A stretch of DNA of 64,000 nt, from positions 26,447 to 90,446 of the forward strand of contig JANRIL010000032.1 of assembly GCA_033764955.1 (NCBI GenBank), in the 5' to 3' direction. The translations under genes were made by a program, and so were the position numbers. This document shows, one piece after another, positions 60,395 to 64,000 of this stretch. Source of the DNA: Cyanobacteriota bacterium. Lineage in GTDB: Bacteria > Cyanobacteriota > Cyanobacteriia > Thermostichales > Thermostichaceae. The stretch's first letter is position 1; the number at the start of each line of letters is the position of its first letter. Below the pieces are notes generated by a model, which saw only the letters and a program-made list of their open reading frames with translations, was not told where the DNA came from and did not search any database.

Positions 60395-62929
60395 TTAATG
60401 GCGGGAGGGGGATCCAGGGATAGACACGGAGGGAGAGAGAGGAGAAAGCGGCTCAGCACCAGGGCTAGTCGTACTAGGGGCAAAGGCGCTGGCCTCCACG
60501 GCCTTGGGATAAGGGATCCGCTCATGATTGGATTGCCACCACACCTCTACGAAGGCTTCGGCAATCACGGCTAAGTCGGCCAGTTGCAGGCGACTATCGA
60601 TCAGTTGTCCATCCTGCCAACGAGCTTGACAGATGCGCTGCACCGTCGCCTTAGCCTGTTCGATGCTCTCGCTGCTCAAGCAATCGATGGATCCCATACT
60701 GCGGAGGGCAGCTTCACAGGCATCCGCCAACATGACGACCCCCGTTTCTGGGGTTTGGGGAATTGGGCCATCGTAGCGAAACGGCTCGTCGGGAATGGCT
60801 TGTCCGTTGGCCTTGAGTTGAGCCTGATGATAAAAGTAAGCGATGCGAATGGTTCCCTGGTGCTCCGGGATAAACGCCTGGATAGCCGTGGGCAGATGGT
60901 ACTGTCGAGCTAGTTTCAGCCCATCGCTAACATGAGCCTTGATGATGGCGGCACTACGATAGGGATCATCCAGTTGGGTGTGAGGATTAACGCCACCCAT
61001 TTGGTTCTCGATGAAGTAGCGAGCGTGCAGCATCTTGCCGATGTCATGGTAGAGGGTGCCGGTTCGCACCAACTCGGCGTTGAGATTTAAGCGCTGGGCT
61101 GCCCGTTCCGCTAGAGTAGCCACAAACAGGGTGTGCTGAAAAGTGCCGGGAGCTTCCGTGGCGAGCCGCCGCAGCAGGGTGCGGTTGGGGTTAGCCAGTT
61201 CCAAGAGGCGGATGGGGGTAATCAGGTCAAACAGCCGTTCCAGATAAGGGCTGGCTCCCAAGGCAATAATGCTCCAGCCCAGACCCGTCCCGCCCGCTAG
61301 GGCAATCGTTCCCAGGTTAATTCCCCCTCCGGTCAAGAGGCTGAGCAACCCTTCTCCCACCATCTGGGTCAAGGCTGCGACTCCCCCCAAAAGTGCTAAT
61401 TCTTCCCGTGAACGGAGTCGCCCAGCCCCCAGGCAAGCCACTAAACTGCCGATCACAAGGGGACCTAAGGTTCCCAAGCTGGCGGGAGCCACTAAGGGTA
61501 GAAGGAGAGCTTCCCCCGCCACCACAATTAATCCCAAGCCGGTGCCATAAAAACTACTGACCAGTAGGCCAACCGCAGGCAATGAGGAGAAGGGAATGCC
61601 AAAAGCGGAAGCGAGGGGAGCCACCGTCAGGGTCAACAACAGCACCAGCAGTTGATCGCGGCGGCGGAGCTGCCAATGGAAGCGTCTCTGCAACCAGATA
61701 AAAATCACCAACGTGGATCCCATCAATCCAGCCACGCCAGCCAACCCCCAGCCGTTGATACGGCGTTGAGTGAAATCAAAGTGATCCAAAGCCAGAAAAA
61801 TTTCGGGAGTGATGGTCTCTCCTGAGCGGACTAGCACCTCCCCTTTAGTTACCACAATCACTTCTGGCTGGACGGCTTTCACGGCTGCTTCCATCTGAGC
61901 CTTGGTTTGGAGGCTATCCAGCTTGAGATTTGAGGTTAGAACCCCCTGGAGACAGGTGACGAGAGTCGATTGCAAAGCCTCCTGGATCCCCTGCTGCTGC
62001 CAGCTTAGGGGGAGATTGTCTTGAATTTGAGCCAGGATCCCTGCTTCTCTGACGGCATTGGGCAATCCCTCAGCAAGGCCAATGGCTTGAATGCGGTAAA
62101 GGGTACGCTGAGCTAAAGTTTGGAAGTCTTGCCAATTTTGATGGGTTAGATCCAGCAGCAGGGTTGGCAGGGCAGGTTGCAAAGCGGCTAACTCCGCAAC
62201 CCCTTTCTGATAGCGACCCTGGGCTTGTTCGATTTGGGTGATCAGATTTTGATAGGGATCCCGTCCCCGTTCCTCCACCCGAATGGTGCCGGTGCGGCCA
62301 TAGGTTTTTTGCCAAAATTGCCCTAGCTCCTGTTCCGCTCGTTCTCGAGGGGTTAAGAGTTGCTCAGATGGCAGCAGGTTTTGATCGATGAGCGGGTAGG
62401 GGGTTGGGGTTGCCATCCTCTGGTGAAGTTCCTGCCAATCGCCTGGGGGGAGTTGGCGCAGATAGGTTTGGCTAGCCGGAGAGAGGATGTCGGTAGGAGC
62501 AAAGGGGAGGGATCCCACCTGCTGACGGATGCGCTCAATTTTGACCAAGAGGCTTTGCAGTTTTTCCTGCATGGCCTGGTTAGCATCGGCATCAATTTGT
62601 AGGGCTTTAGGGGCTTGGTCTCGGGCTTTGGCTCGCTTGGCTTCGGTGGCTTCCTCATCTTCGATCGTGGTGGCAGCAGGAGCAAAAAAGGTTTGGGGAG
62701 CCAGACTGCCCACCATCAACTGGGGTTCGTTGTAGTAGCGAATGCCATGGACAGCGGTCAACGAGAGCAGGGAAATGAGATAGCCGGCGACTTGGCTGGA
62801 TTTTCCTCGCCAGGTTGGTTGCGGGGCAGGGGAGGCAGACACACGCTTGGGCTGAATGACTGGGGATCCCATGACTGACCAAGTGGACCACCGTTGCTTT
62901 AGCGTTGACTTAAAACGATTCATAACCAA
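60395..62929 (-). CDS. 7TM-HD (HDIG) phosphohydrolase, PgpH-like
   Basis: Extracytoplasmic domain, multi-TM region, EAPGTFQH, YHDIGK, EHQGT, MLADACEAA. Confidence 0.9.
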   Translation of the reverse strand: MVMNRFKSTLKQRWSTWSVMGSPVIQPKRVSASPAPQPTWRGKSSQVAGYLISLLSLTAVHGIRYYNEPQLMVGSLAPQTFFAPAATTIEDEEATEAKRAKARDQAPKALQIDADANQAMQEKLQSLLVKIERIRQQVGSLPFAPTDILSPASQTYLRQLPPGDWQELHQRMATPTPYPLIDQNLLPSEQLLTPRERAEQELGQFWQKTYGRTGTIRVEERGRDPYQNLITQIEQAQGRYQKGVAELAALQPALPTLLLDLTHQNWQDFQTLAQRTLYRIQAIGLAEGLPNAVREAGILAQIQDNLPLSWQQQGIQEALQSTLVTCLQGVLTSNLKLDSLQTKAQMEAAVKAVQPEVIVVTKGEVLVRSGETITPEIFLALDHFDFTQRRINGWGLAGVAGLMGSTLVIFIWLQRRFHWQLRRRDQLLVLLLTLTVAPLASAFGIPFSSLPAVGLLVSSFYGTGLGLIVVAGEALLLPLVAPASLGTLGPLVIGSLVACLGAGRLRSREELALLGGVAALTQMVGEGLLSLLTGGGINLGTIALAGGTGLGWSIIALGASPYLERLFDLITPIRLLELANPNRTLLRRLATEAPGTFQHTLFVATLAERAAQRLNLNAELVRTGTLYHDIGKMLHARYFIENQMGGVNPHTQLDDPYRSAAIIKAHVSDGLKLARQYHLPTAIQAFIPEHQGTIRIAYFYHQAQLKANGQAIPDEPFRYDGPIPQTPETGVVMLADACEAALRSMGSIDCLSSESIEQAKATVQRICQARWQDGQLIDSRLQLADLAVIAEAFVEVWWQSNHERIPYPKAVEASAFAPSTTSPGAEPLSPLSPSVSIPGSPSRH

Positions 62930-63387
62930 TGGATGTCCCTAAAGGGGTGAAAGGAGCACCTTGGCAACGGCAAGTCGGAGGAGGAAAGGCTACTCGCCAA
63001 GGCAGGAAGGAGCGGAAGGGTGATGAAAACTCCTAACACAACAGCAAATACGAACCTATCTCTACAACCTCAAGATCTATCTTCAGGACTTATGGCCTCA
63101 GAGGGTAAGATTACCCCTCAGCAAGGGGAGCAAGGTTATCTTTAATTTATTGTTTCTTATATTGGTTCTAACATTTTTGTAGGGATCCCCGCAGGTGGAG
63201 TGATCTATCTAACCAAAGTGGCTGGGTTTTGCCTCTGTAGGGTCTTAATGCCTAGAGCAGCAGGCGGCTATCAAAATCTCTTGAGAGTTTGTGGCAGTGG
63301 CAAGATTGGCTGATCAAGATGGAGGGCAGTTCAGCTAGTTTTTGTTATACTTTAGTGATGTTAAGGATCAATGATTGCTAACCAAGA

Positions 63388-63783
63388 GGGGCTGTAACGG
63401 TTTCGACGAGGTGGCGAACCAGGATTGATGATGCAGGTCGGGATTGAGCTTATCCCGTTATCAACAGGCTCAAAACAAGTACGTGCGAACAACGTCGTAC
63501 CCTTTGCTCGTAAAGCCGCCGTCTTGGCTGCCTAAGACTCAGATCCTAGTAGATTTTTGAGTTCGAGAATCCTCCGATGACTCCGTTAAATGGGAGGATT
63601 TAACCCCAACGGACGCTGCTCTAGGTCTTCTCCTCGGTCGAGACAGAGCCTAAGCCTAGACTGAGGAATCCTGCCACTGGGATCAATAGTGGACCTTGTT
63701 TCTAGGGTTTTAGAAACTAAACCTGTGAATGATTCAGTCCCCAATACCCATTTCGGACACGGGTTCGACTCCCGTCAGCTCCA
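63388..63783 (+). ncRNA. ssrA: tmRNA; tag ANNVVPFARKAAVLAA* at 63485..63535
   Basis: 5' GGGGCTGTAACGGTTTCGAC; 3' GGGTTCGACTCCCGTCAGCTCCA; cyanobacterial-type tag. Confidence 0.97.
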
Positions 63784-63799
63784 TAATTTGATAATCCAA

Positions 63800-64000
63800 T
63801 AGTGTCCAAGGAAGTCCTAGAAATCCTGATTTGTTGGGGATTTGAGCGATTTCGATGTCTACAGCTTTTTCGTTATTTACATAGAACATGAATGAGTTAA
63901 GGTTAGAGAGGTTGAGTTTTCCAACAGCATGAGCCGTTATTCCCTTGACCTCCGAAAGAAAGTGGTAGCAGCCTATCATCTCGGCAATACCTCCATCCGC
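63800..64000 (+). mobile_element. Left end of an IS630-family element; transposase starts at 63929 (partial)
   Basis: MSRYSLDLRKKVVAAY...SIR matches the IS630 HTH N-terminus; candidate TA boundary at 63800 (uncertain). Confidence 0.7.

Larger units (their letters stand above)
801..63189. repeat. Dispersed HIP-type palindrome GGGATCCC
   Basis: Many copies, e.g. 801, 3461, 6302, 7656, 15843, 29113, 63182; canonical GCGATCGC seen only rarely (1848). Confidence 0.9.

Noticed and set aside
15724..62891. Numerous short ORFs overlapping long genes in the ORF track
   Set aside because: Shadow frames of well-supported genes with no recognisable motifs.
63734..63979. 81-aa minus-strand ORF
   Set aside because: Antisense to the tmRNA 3' end and the transposase start.
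1..64000. CRISPR array, rRNA or prophage
   Set aside because: No regularly spaced repeats, rRNA signatures or phage structural genes were seen.

Overview
Cyanobacterial chromosomal DNA, probably from a Thermostichus/hot-spring-Synechococcus-like lineage: the octamer GGGATCCC recurs throughout, and psaF-psaJ-psaL and a cyanobacterial tmRNA tag are present. From 1 to about 15.7 kb it is a visibly AT-richer block: a GGDEF regulator, a PP2C sensor, two GT41/OGT-like glycosyltransferases (one fused to an FkbM methyltransferase), two type IV pilins, two further methyl/glycosyltransferases and recX. It ends abruptly at an N-terminally truncated cobN. The middle holds housekeeping genes, orphan solute-binding proteins, a PatA-CheY-CheW-MCP-CheA taxis operon, Ser/Thr kinases and an IsiC-like hydrolase with a Fur-like box. 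The most striking region is 46.9-49.4 kb on the minus strand: promoter, leader ORF with terminator/antiterminator, HNH nuclease, Alr0857-like protein, small ORF, an aberrant tRNA-Glu, tRNA-Gln, and a 164-nt tRNA mimic with a G3:U70 alanine determinant whose anticodon loop is replaced by a 103-nt structured domain. The right end has a serpin, fghA, a cobalamin riboswitch with cbiX, an HD hydrolase, tmRNA and the start of an IS630-type transposase. All calls come from motif recognition by eye; no searches were run.
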